Part shown: one piece after another, positions 47,628 through 57,862 of the stretch | Position numbering within the stretch: the first letter of the stretch is position 1 | Layout: the number at the start of each line of letters is the position of its first letter | Origin: Psammoneis japonica | Lineage: Eukaryota | DNA: 64,000 nt | Direction of reading: 5' to 3' | NCBI GenBank assembly: GCA_008632985.1 | Contig: QPGO01000034.1 | Location: forward strand, 1-64,000 | Position numbers and translations under genes: made by a program | Notes under the pieces: generated by a model | Databases searched by the model: none | Told to the model about the DNA's origin: nothing | What the model saw: only the letters and a program-made list of their open reading frames with translations

Positions 47628-48176
47628 AATCTGTCCTACGTGGAGGATGGTCAAGCCAGTCCCAAGAGTCAAATGAGCAGTTATTCGTATCGACAACGAA
47701 CCAAATCCAGTGGTGACTCGTCGTGGAATGATGGATCGTATCTGGCAAACAGCAGCAAGGGCGGAGGCGACTTGACCTATGCCTATTCGCTCGACGACGG
47801 TATTCAAGATGCGGCCACGTATGATCCTGGGTCCATATCGAGTGGAACCACCATGTTGGGTACTACTATCGCCGGTGGTTCCTTGTCGGCACCGTCCTTT
47901 CAAGACGAACACGATATTCCACCCGGCAAGGCACAACGGGATGTCTATGCACCACCGGGTCGACTGGGAATTGTCGTGGATACCACACTCGATGGACCCC
48001 AAGTCATGTCGCTCAAGGACGATAGTCCACTGGTGGGTGTGATTCGGGTAGATGATTTGATTGTTGCCATTGACGATGTTGATACACGCAACATGACGGC
48101 CAATTCCATTGGACAATTAATGGCGAATAGTATGAGTCGAAGACGGAAATTGACATTGTGGAGTGATGTTGAATGA
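47628..48176 (+). CDS. PDZ-domain protein, probably 5'-truncated (first ATG at 47673)
   Basis: C-terminal DVYAPPGRLGIVVDTTLDGPQVMSLKDDSPLVGVIRVDDLIVAIDDVDTRNMTA..RRRKLT is a PDZ domain. The frame runs back directly into the copia fragment. Confidence 0.8.
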   Translation, partial: NLSYVEDGQASPKSQMSSYSYRQRTKSSGDSSWNDGSYLANSSKGGGDLTYAYSLDDGIQDAATYDPGSISSGTTMLGTTIAGGSLSAPSFQDEHDIPPGKAQRDVYAPPGRLGIVVDTTLDGPQVMSLKDDSPLVGVIRVDDLIVAIDDVDTRNMTANSIGQLMANSMSRRRKLTLWSDVE

Positions 48177-49591
48177 TAATGGAAAAGCAACGAATCTATC
48201 CAGTAGAAATTAAAGTGGTGTGGTCCATTCTGGGTTCTTTGGAATTGTGGATTGCGGTGCCGAGAATACGATGATGGAATGTGTGCTGTGGGTCTATGCA
48301 CATACCTAGGCGGATGTGCTGAGTCTGCGTTTGCAATACAGGCGACGTCGACTGGAACAGTACCGACTCTGGGGAATGCAGGAACTATGAAAGACGATAC
48401 CGTTACCAGCACCAGCCTGCTAGCTCTACTCTGTCTCGGTAGATCGATAGCGACAAAATGTGTGTTAGGATTGGTAGTCGAAGCGGCAAACTGTACGGTA
48501 GATAAGCGAACGATAATTGTAATGTTGTACTATACTTTCTGCTCGAATCTAACTAATAACATATATCCCCTCGATGCTAATCGAGACTCACTAACGTCTC
48601 GATTGCATTGCCTCCCAACTGACATTCTAATTTTCCCGGGTACTTAAAAAGCACCGATTCGAAAGGCGAGCCTGATGTGTTTCAATGTCGTGACCCAACT
48701 TCCAATGGCAGGTGCCAGAACCTCAACAACAACATTCTTGGTTTCTTCGCGGGGTTTCAGAAACGGCACAGAATCTTGAAGAACGTTCATCACATGAGTC
48801 GATGTATCTAAAACTCTCGCCCCCCAATATTTGGCTTTCCACTCCATTGTAGAGCGACAGTCAGACAAAATTGGGTGCCGAAAGAGCGACACCTTTTCAA
48901 AAAGCAGGTTCGTCCGAGTCTTTGCAATCTCCAAAACTCTCTTCCCCCATTGTCCAACACTCGATTTGATCTCAGAGAGATGGTTGGACAAGAATGGGTT
49001 CCGAAAAGACACAAAATTATCGCGTTCCTGCAGAACGCGAGCCTGAGTCTGGATTTGCGCGATGACGTCGTTCGAAAATACGTCTACAAGTTTCCACCAA
49101 AGCTGAAACGCTTCCGTCTTGATATCCGAAAAGCTGTCGTACGTGTCCGACAAGAAGGCCGACTGGATCTCCAAAAATATCGTGAACGTATCTTGGAACG
49201 GGACTGCCTTGGTCTGAATCGTGCCGTCGGGAGTAGTGTTGAGAAAAAGTTGCTGGAGGCTGCCGTTGGAGTCGCCATTGTTGTCCGGTACAAAATAGTC
49301 ATAGACACAATACTCGTTAGCATCGTCTTCTGGTACAATCGTGGGCGTGGTATTGCGTAGGAGGTCTTGGACGCGACTCGGAGACTTGTCGCCGTCGTCA
49401 AAATATACGCAAAAGCTGGAAGTGATGATGGCGTTTTCGAAGGGAACAGTGCTGGGAGCAGCGTTGCTGATGATGTCATGGTAGTAGCTGGGGGTAGTAT
49501 CGATATCTGAGTAATTGTTGTTGTCCAAAAACTTGAGTAGGAGCTCTTGGTTGAACGTGGCGATACTGTCGGTCGCCGTGGTAGCCTTGAT

Positions 49592-49882
49592 TGCCAAGTG
49601 GCGCCAAGTAATAGTATAAAGTAGCGTTGTAAAGTTGACTGTTGCTAATATTGTGAGAAGAAATGAAAGAGATTCGGCTACTCCGAAATCTCGTAGAATT
49701 AATACTAAGAAACCGCGTAGAAATATAAAGAAACAATCTTTCGAGAGGCATCGAGATGTATCGAGAAAGGAGAAGAGGTTTCTAGAAAGTGTCATCGTTG
49801 ACATCCTTTTGACACTTTTGACACCAGGTTGACACCCACGAATGAATATACGAATGAATATAGATGACCGTGATATTCGGCA
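49592..49882 (-). repeat. Gypsy 3' LTR
   Basis: Direct repeat of 54201-54491, adjacent to the PPT. Confidence 0.95.
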
Positions 49883-49903
49883 CTCGCTTCCCCAATTGAG
49901 ACG

Positions 49904-52900
49904 TTAGAAGACAGGGTGAAGACGGCGGATATTGATACGTTCAGTGACGTGAGGCGAGCGCTGGATGGTAACGGTTCCATTGGTATGGACACGTACGATA
50001 CGGAAAGGACCATCTTTGGTGTTGAGTTTGCGTTGGATGTCTTTGGTCATAACGAAGACTTGATCGCCGATGTTGTAGTCGTAAGTAAGACGTTTTGCGT
50101 TTTCGCGGAGATTATTGCGTAGGACATCGCGCTTGCGACGGGTATTAATCATTTTCCAGTTCGCAAGATAAGTAGCAGAAATGACCATGTCTCGACCGAA
50201 GACAATTTGTCCGGGAGACGACATAAGGGCAGTATGGTAGGTACTGCGCAAGGCCCATGCAACGGATTGCAAAATTCCATGAATTGTGTCTTCATCATGA
50301 TCGCGAGAAGGGAGATCCATCGCACGGAGAGAATCGGCTATCACTTGATGAATACGTTCAACGAACGCGTTGGCTTGAGGATTCTTGATTGTTGTAGGTT
50401 TCGGTTTAACACCATAACTGTAGAGGAGATCTGTAAACTCGGAAGTGAATTCGGAACCGTTGTCATAAATGACAATTTCTGGTCGCGGATAGCGACAAAA
50501 CCATTCGCGATCGACGATAAGTGAAATGTCTTCGGACGTTTTGAACTTATAGTTCGCGAGTTCGACCCAACGGGTTGCGACATCAATAATTGAAACGGCT
50601 CTGATTTTGCGATCGACACCATTTTTGTCGGTATACGTCCAGGGACCGAAAAGATCGACTTGAGTTGCCTGCCAAGGTTTATAAGTAGTATCTGGAAGAG
50701 GTAATTCGCCATAGTTTGCCGTAGTACGCTTGGATTTGGAACACGTGCGGCACTTACGGACAAAAGTACGGACTTTCGTCTGCATGTCGCGAATGTAAAA
50801 ATGTGATGCCAAAGTTTGGCAGGTGCGATTAGCACCAGGATGGCAGAGAGTTTCATGGTACCACCGTAGAACTGCAGGAAAAAGCGTTGGAGGGAGGACA
50901 ATCTTGTTCTTGTAAAGGATAATCTGTTTTCCGTTGAACAGTTCGGCTGAGTAGGATTCGGACTTGTCGAGTCGTTGCTGAAGAGCAGAATCTTTTTTCT
51001 GATGGTCGGCGATAATATCGAAAGTAACGGGGAATATTGAAGGATCGATTTCCAACGAAGTCATTTCCTCGTAATCGCTTTGATCGACTTGGACAATAGG
51101 ATAGCGACTCAAAAAATCAGCCACGACATTCTCATGGCCTGGTGGGTACTCGAAAGAGCAATCGCATTCCTCGAGAAGTAAACGCCAGCGTTTGACGCGT
51201 TCTGACTTGAATTTGTCAAATGTAAGATTTTTGTGATCGGTAAATAGGTAGCATCGATGACCAAAAAGGATGCTTTTGAAATTTTCGGTCGTTTCCACGA
51301 GCGACAGCAGTTCTTTTTCCATTGTCGTGTAGTTTCGTTGCGCTTGAGATAATTTTCGGCTGTAGAATGCAATTGGCCATTCGCCATCGTCAAAATCTTG
51401 AGTGATCACTGCACCAAGTTGATAATCACTCGCATCCGGATAGATCTTGAAAGGTTGAGAGAAGTCGGGGAATCGGAGGAGGATTTCGCGCGCCATAATT
51501 TTTTTCATCTGATTGAAAGCTTCCGTGTGGACGTCAGTCCACTTGAATTTGACTTTGTCTGATGACAGCGCAGTTAAGGGCGTAAGAGTGTGGCTGCGTC
51601 GGCACCACAATTTCTTGTAATGATTCACGAACCCGATGAAACCACGTAATTGTCGACGGTTTTGAGGGCGAGCGAAGCGAAGTAAGGGTAGGATTTTCTT
51701 TTTCTGAGGCTGAATACCTTTTGTAGTCATGGCACAGCCTAAGTAGTCGACGGTCTTGGCGGCGAGATAGGATTCTTCGACATGTACGTGAAGATTGTTC
51801 GCGAGGAGCCGTTGCAAGACGAGTTCGAGTCGTTGACAGTGATGGTTGAAGTTGTTCTTGGTAAAGAGGATGATATTGTCGATGTAGACTATGATGTCTT
51901 CCATATCATGAAAAATATCTGTCATGTGAGCTTGAAAAATATCGCTTGCCGGTTTGATTCCTTGCGGTAGGCGGTTGTAGCAATACTTGCCCCACGGCAG
52001 GATGATACCGCAGAGTTTTTTTGACTCGTCGTCAAGCACGAAGTGATAGTAGCCTCGGTTGAGGTCCAAACATGTCGCATAGGTAAAGCCGTTCATTTTC
52101 CATACGACGTCGTCGATAATAGGTAGTGGATATGGATGCCGTTCGAGACACTCGTTGAGTTTCCGTAAATCGGATAAGAAACGGATACCACCGCTTTTCT
52201 TCGATCGGAAAAGACAGGGTGCGCCCCAAGGAGAGTGAAGTTTGCGCGTAATAACATCGATTTTTTCCAATTCATCCACTTCTTTGCGAGCCATGGGATA
52301 TAACGCTTGCGGAATAGTGTAAGCTTTCGCACAGTATGGACGCGATCCTGGTTTCAGGGTCAAATGGACGGGTTTACCGGGTACAGCTCCAAGTGTACCA
52401 TCGAATAATTGCGGGTATCGTCCGAAGAGTTCGATGAGTTGGTGCTGTTGATCGTTATCAAGGTGTTTGCAGCGTAGAACCATGTCGCGATAATTGTGCT
52501 TGTCGTACGTATTGCTCGTCATACCTCGAACCTGACGGTTGACGGCATTCTGGAAGAACTTGGGTAATTCAGCATCGCCGGGATGAATTGCATTAACTTC
52601 GACTTGGTCGAAAGAGCCCTTGGATCGCATGGATAGGGTAACATCGTCCCACGTGATTGTTTGATGTCGAAAATCAAAAACGAGTCCCATTTCTGTGGCG
52701 GTTTTTCTTCCGATGATAATATCGTGTTTTCCTACGGCTTTGTCTTCCACATAAGCATCGACGGAAACCTTCTTGGACGATGCGAAGTCTGGGAACTTCA
52801 ATGTCAGCGTCGCAATCTCGTGTAGATTAACGGTACTGTAACGGCCTTTAACGGGAACGTTACATTTACGGATTTTGTGAGGAATCCCGCGAAGGGCTGA

Positions 52901-54127
52901 GCGCTTCACAAAATTGCGATTTGCGCCGGTATCGAGTAAAGCAACACGGAACTTGTGCATTCCAGAATGAGTATCAATCATCTGGACACGCGCTTCCGTG
53001 GTAAGATTGTCTTCTACTTCGGATTCGATGGAATCGTCTAGAAGAGACGTGACGTCTTCAAAAATGTCGTTGATGTCGTCTGACGCGACGCTATCGACAT
53101 CGTTAGAAGCGGAGCGACTGGCTTTGGAGTCCACATTATTGTTTTCGACGTTCCGTGTGCGGCTCCGTGTAGGGTAGCGGTGTGTCGGCTCGTTTCGAGA
53201 GTTATTTTGTTGATTCGGCGCATTCCGATTTGCGCGGTTCCGCTCATAATTTTCACGTTCACGACGGATGACATTGCATTCTTGACCGTTCGGATGTACA
53301 ACGCCATGGATTGGACATGTTTGTTCACGATTGTTTTGATTCCTGTTCCTGGTATCGCGATTTTGGTCGTTATTCTGACCGTGACGCTTATATCGACCGT
53401 TGTTGCGTTGATTCCTATTGTTGTTGCGTCTGTTGTTGTCGGTAGACCCTTTGTCACCACGTCGTTCCATACGTCGGAGAGTCTCGTAGTATTGAGCTTG
53501 GTCGTTCAAGTTTAAGTTGCGAAGACGGGCTTTAGTCTGAGTTTCGGCCCATGATCTTGGTCCACATTTTCGAAGGATTACGGATAATTCCGCTTCCGTG
53601 AATGACGGAACTCTTTCGGCGTCATCTTCGGTTGGCGTAGGCATGATATTAATCAACTTATTAAAGCGACGGATGTCATTAACAAATGACTTGACAGTTT
53701 GGTTCCTGGGTTTCTTAAGGCTTTGAAGCCATTCCTTAGTATCAAGGGCAATTTCTCTATCCATGTATTGGAGTAGAAATTCTTCACGACAAGTGTCGAA
53801 TGTAACTTGGTCGCGGTTTTCGTAATCGTCTACGACGATTTCCCAGTCGTCTTTTGGTGTTCCGGTCATAAGTCTGGTCACGAGCCGGAAACGTGGCTGT
53901 CCTTCAGCCGTACCGAGATCGTTGATAAGTTCATCGAAGTTTGACCAGAAGGTAAGAACATCTTCCGGTTCAGTTGAAGCTAACTTACGTACCTCGATCG
54001 TAGTTTTAAGCCCATCTGGATCGTCAGGATCAATGGGGCTTTCAAAAGACACGAATTGGTCTTTGCGTCGCTCTTCCTCAGAGCGGTCAGGACGTTTAAG
54101 TTCGAATGGGCAGTTTTCTGCTGACAT
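49904..54127 (-). CDS. Gypsy gag-pol polyprotein (1407 aa, uninterrupted)
   Basis: Protease LLDTGA; RT LPQG and YIDN; RNase H DASDYQLGAV, EKELL and TDHKNL; integrase HETLCHPG..CRTC, VDLFGP, YDNGSEF, NAFVERIH and GPF. Confidence 0.95.
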   Translation of the reverse strand: MSAENCPFELKRPDRSEEERRKDQFVSFESPIDPDDPDGLKTTIEVRKLASTEPEDVLTFWSNFDELINDLGTAEGQPRFRLVTRLMTGTPKDDWEIVVDDYENRDQVTFDTCREEFLLQYMDREIALDTKEWLQSLKKPRNQTVKSFVNDIRRFNKLINIMPTPTEDDAERVPSFTEAELSVILRKCGPRSWAETQTKARLRNLNLNDQAQYYETLRRMERRGDKGSTDNNRRNNNRNQRNNGRYKRHGQNNDQNRDTRNRNQNNREQTCPIHGVVHPNGQECNVIRRERENYERNRANRNAPNQQNNSRNEPTHRYPTRSRTRNVENNNVDSKASRSASNDVDSVASDDINDIFEDVTSLLDDSIESEVEDNLTTEARVQMIDTHSGMHKFRVALLDTGANRNFVKRSALRGIPHKIRKCNVPVKGRYSTVNLHEIATLTLKFPDFASSKKVSVDAYVEDKAVGKHDIIIGRKTATEMGLVFDFRHQTITWDDVTLSMRSKGSFDQVEVNAIHPGDAELPKFFQNAVNRQVRGMTSNTYDKHNYRDMVLRCKHLDNDQQHQLIELFGRYPQLFDGTLGAVPGKPVHLTLKPGSRPYCAKAYTIPQALYPMARKEVDELEKIDVITRKLHSPWGAPCLFRSKKSGGIRFLSDLRKLNECLERHPYPLPIIDDVVWKMNGFTYATCLDLNRGYYHFVLDDESKKLCGIILPWGKYCYNRLPQGIKPASDIFQAHMTDIFHDMEDIIVYIDNIILFTKNNFNHHCQRLELVLQRLLANNLHVHVEESYLAAKTVDYLGCAMTTKGIQPQKKKILPLLRFARPQNRRQLRGFIGFVNHYKKLWCRRSHTLTPLTALSSDKVKFKWTDVHTEAFNQMKKIMAREILLRFPDFSQPFKIYPDASDYQLGAVITQDFDDGEWPIAFYSRKLSQAQRNYTTMEKELLSLVETTENFKSILFGHRCYLFTDHKNLTFDKFKSERVKRWRLLLEECDCSFEYPPGHENVVADFLSRYPIVQVDQSDYEEMTSLEIDPSIFPVTFDIIADHQKKDSALQQRLDKSESYSAELFNGKQIILYKNKIVLPPTLFPAVLRWYHETLCHPGANRTCQTLASHFYIRDMQTKVRTFVRKCRTCSKSKRTTANYGELPLPDTTYKPWQATQVDLFGPWTYTDKNGVDRKIRAVSIIDVATRWVELANYKFKTSEDISLIVDREWFCRYPRPEIVIYDNGSEFTSEFTDLLYSYGVKPKPTTIKNPQANAFVERIHQVIADSLRAMDLPSRDHDEDTIHGILQSVAWALRSTYHTALMSSPGQIVFGRDMVISATYLANWKMINTRRKRDVLRNNLRENAKRLTYDYNIGDQVFVMTKDIQRKLNTKDGPFRIVRVHTNGTVTIQRSPHVTERINIRRLHPVF

Positions 54128-54200
54128 GTCTGGTCAGGACAATATGATCGGTAGATATATCTCAAGAGAGATGAATAAGTGTTTGGGAGTAAATTTGCTA

Positions 54201-54491
54201 TGCCAAGTGGCGCCAAGTAATAGCATGAAGTGGCGTTGTAAAGTTGACTGTTGCTAATGTTGTGAGAAGAAATGAAAGAGATTCGGCTACTCCGAAATCT
54301 CGTAGAATTAATACTGAGAAACCGCGTAGAAACACAAAGAAACAATCTTTCGAGAGGCATCGAGATGTATCGAGAAAGGAGAAGAGGTTTCTAGAAAGTG
54401 TCATCGTTGACATCCTTTTGACACTTTTGACACCAGGTTGACACCCACGAATGAACATACGAATGAACATAGATGACCGTGACATTCGGCA
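54201..54491 (-). repeat. Gypsy 5' LTR
   Basis: Direct repeat of 49592-49882 with 10 substitutions. Confidence 0.95.
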
Positions 54492-54899
54492 TTGATCGAC
54501 AAGGCGCTAACGCAGCGCTTTGTCGTATCAACAAACGAGGCAGAGAGAGGGCTGATGATGGCACCAGCGCTCATGGCGGCAATGATGGCAAGGACAAAGT
54601 TCATGATTTTCATGATGGACTGTGAACTGACGAGCAATTCAGAAATTGTGAGAGCACTCGAACGGGAAGAGATTCTGTCTGCAATGGAGGCGCCGTGGTA
54701 CAAGACACGTAGAAATCTAAGTGGCGTGGGCCATTTCTCCGTTGCATTGAAGTTCAGAGAAAGTTTCGCGAAAGTTGTTTCGGCGCAGTTGGCGACCCTA
54801 TCGAGCTTAGATGATCGTGCTATCTACACTACTTTCCAACTTGCTTTTTTTAATGCTTGATGCAGTCACCTTGATGAAACTACTTCCACTGTTGCATAA

Positions 54900-57860
54900 A
54901 ACAACGTGGCGTCAACGACACGTGATAATGCCACCACCGCCAGTTGCTCTAACGCCCCCATTGTTCCAGAGAAAAAGGAGGATGACGTCGAGGGGGTGGG
55001 AGAAGCGATTGGCACATTTTCGACGCATCTTTCATCTTTCGTGATCAACGATGTGTCGATTTTGTGACGGACCTGCATCGTACAAGTGACATTGAATTTG
55101 TAGAAGAAACCGAGGGCATGTGGATTTGTGGAGCAGGTGAATGTAGAGGCTTGCGCCTGCATCTCAAAGCCCGAGCTGTGGAAAAGACAATTCAGCCAAC
55201 GCCGACGGAGGCTTTGCACCTTGATCTGAAACGACAGTGGAACGTGCGCGTGCCAAGCAACAAGACAGGTTATACCCGTTTTACTTGCAAGACCAAGTCT
55301 CTTTGCCCCAGCCTCCATGGAAACAAACAGAACTGACACAGCAACCCGGGCCTGTCATGACTTTTGCCATGCCACTGCAGGATCAAGATCATCACGAGCC
55401 TGTGCCACTGTGACGGAATTGCCACCGAGTGAGCACGTTGCGGTCGAGACCATTGCCACTCTATGGATGTTGTCTTGGATGCGAGCGGGGGATGACAGAA
55501 ATGCACGCTTTTAGCCATCGCATGTCTGTGCAAACGGTTCACAGAAGCAACCAGCGCTGCGACGGCAGTGGCCATGACGTGCGGCATGTTGCTCCTCTCG
55601 GATGACTTGACGAAGCTCACGCTGAGCGCGAACGCATTCTTGGCAAAATCCATCCCATGACGGGCGCCACGGCTGTCCCGCTAGACCTGCACAGCACCAC
55701 CGACGTCTCTCCCAAGATGGTGGTGTGCGGACCGCTACAGACTTTGACATTTGACGACGAAGTTCACGGCAGTCCCATTGAATCGTTTGGCATCCGAGCG
55801 AGATCACAATGCTGCAGCAACCTTCTTCGGGAGGTGTGCCTTGTTCATGCTGATGAGCCTTTGCTGGTGCCGGACGAGAGGAAGCACAATTGCATCTGCG
55901 TTCCTTCAGGCATGGGTGCATGGACGATGCTTTCATTGACGAATGGCCACAATGTGCAGAAAATCATGCAGACTCCTTTGTCTTCCCTGCATCCACTGCC
56001 AGAGAGGGGTTGGGAGGAGGTGTCGCATGATGAAATTGAGCCAACGAAATCTCTGAAACGAAGCACCCATGGCTGCCACGTGTTTGCCTTTTGGTGGTCG
56101 ACCTGCGCTTGGAATCCAGATCAAGATGATCCTGCTGCACATTGCGTGGGTAACGATTTTCACTTTTCCTGTGGATGTCAAGTGAATTCCTTCGAATCAA
56201 CGGTGTCCAGCCTCAACCTGTCGCTGAAGTACGACTGGCGGTGTCCATTTTTTTTTTTACATCTCCCACGTCAAGATGTCAACTCTATTTCCGTTGCTGT
56301 CAACGGTGTTCCCATTGATGGCTTTCATGGATGCTCCGCGAAGTGCTCAACACGGATGCCAAGTGCGGCATTGACACGCATGAGGTGTGTTTCAATCCCA
56401 ATGGCGCATTGCAAAACTCTGGTCGAGACGTTGGCCAATTCGTTGGTCTCCGCGGTGAACTGGGCGGTGAGACATTGGTGGGGTGCTTTCGCCCATTGCC
56501 CGCCCCAATGACATTGGGGTGATTTGTATTTTGTGCCGGACCGACGCCAAAGGGGGGCCAATCACAAAGCTTCTAGATCGTTCACGACCTGGTGTTGTAA
56601 TGCACATGTCTGCATTGGGTGGCTTGCGGCTTGGGTTTGCGGACCAGGGCATTTTCTTTTGAGAAAAGGTGTCAAAGATTGGATTGCCAGTGGGTGGCAC
56701 AGGAATTGCTCTCATTCTGTAAATCATTCGAGCATTCGGGCGAGGCAGAGAGTGGTTTGGCATGCATGAAGGTTCTGGATGATGTGTGGGACTCGGATCC
56801 AAAACATTCCAGATGCCGCGCATTTCTCAATCAGCCTCCGCTTGGCTGGACGGCAAGTCGGTTGCTCCAAATGGTGTTTTTGAATTCCATTGTTCGCTGC
56901 TTCCTTTCTCAATGCTCGCCTCTTTTTCTCTTCCTTCGGTTTCCTTCTGTGATTTAGGAGGGAGTTGGGTCCGTTGAGCCCCAAGGACATCAAGAAGCAC
57001 TTGATCTATCCTCCCGAACCTGGAGATGTCTTTGTAATTGGCGGATCTCCGATTTTTGAAGCAGCGGAGTTGTCAGGAGGGAGTTGGGTCCGTTGAGCCC
57101 CAAGGTATCAAGAAGCACTTGATCTATCCTCCCAAACCTGCAGATGTCTTTGCAATTGGCGGATCTCCGATTTTTGAAGCAGCGGAGTTATCGACGCCAC
57201 TGTGGGAACTTCCCAGGCCATGCAGCCTGCCTCTGAGCAATTGAAAGCCAGCCCAGATGATGACATTGTCTGCTCATTCTAATCCAGAGACAGAAAATGA
57301 TTGTCCATCCGATGAAGAAACTGTTGGTCAGGAGCAGAAATTGACAAAGCAAAAAAGAGTCGGTCTCTGTGGAAGGCTGCATGCTGGTCAGACCTGCCAT
57401 TGAATCGTGAAACAAAAACGACACAGTGGAGCAAGCCTTCTGGCTTTGTCGACCGTGACACTGCAAAAAGGAGCAACGTGGCGATAAAGAAGAAAATGTT
57501 TCAGCTGTTCTCCCCAGAAAGACTTTTGAGTGACGGGAAAGACGGACACAAATGATGCCACTCATGCGGATTCTCTACACGAACATTAAAAAGTCGATCA
57601 AAACTCGCAGGACTTGGGAAGTGCAAGAAGAGGTGATGCTGTCGATCAGTGCCATCCAGAATGACATGATGAGCATCATTGCAGAGACTTCGATCAACAA
57701 TCTACAAGCAGCATTGACCCAATTGGAAGGCGCGAGAAAGTGCCAGCTGTGCTGGTGGCAGAAATGAAAAGAACTGTTTTTACGATGAGGACTGCGCACC
57801 TTTGTCGATGACAAGATGATGGCATGGGCAACGCGATAGAGCGCACCACAATGCGGACGT
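54900..57860 (+). pseudogene. Partly decayed coding region of unknown family (TpA-depleted, CpG largely retained)
   Basis: ORF 55657..56511 and adjacent frames are protein-like but Tyr-poor and Cys/His-rich, with stops and frameshifts. Confidence 0.4.
56956..57192 (+). repeat. Tandem duplication, 119-bp period
   Basis: aggagggagttgggtccgttgagccccaagg...gaagcagcggagtt starts at 56956 and again at 57075. Confidence 0.92.
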
Positions 57861-57862
57861 TT

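Larger units (their letters stand above)
49592..54491 (-). mobile_element. Full-length Ty3/gypsy LTR retrotransposon
   Basis: 291-bp TG..CA LTRs at 49592-49882 and 54201-54491, TSD TTGAT (49587-49591 and 54492-54496), PPT ggggaagcgag (minus strand, 49883-49893), domain order PR-RT-RH-IN. Confidence 0.97.
48644..54613 (-). pseudogene. Host ORF with signal peptide, interrupted by the gypsy element (5' part 54492-54613, 3' part 48644-49591)
   Basis: Removing the element and one TSD joins MKIMNFVLAIIAAMSAGA..CVSALS-I-KATTATDSIATF..AFRIGAF* in frame. Confidence 0.75.

Noticed and set aside
48644..49804. env-like third ORF of the gypsy element
   Set aside because: Most of it lies outside the 3' LTR and TSD, and it joins in frame with sequence on the far side of the element.
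10014..54491. Classical fungal RIP (CpA>TpA) as the cause of the LTR differences
   Set aside because: The direction is opposite: conserved Tyr codons are lost, and old repeats are TA-depleted rather than TA-enriched.
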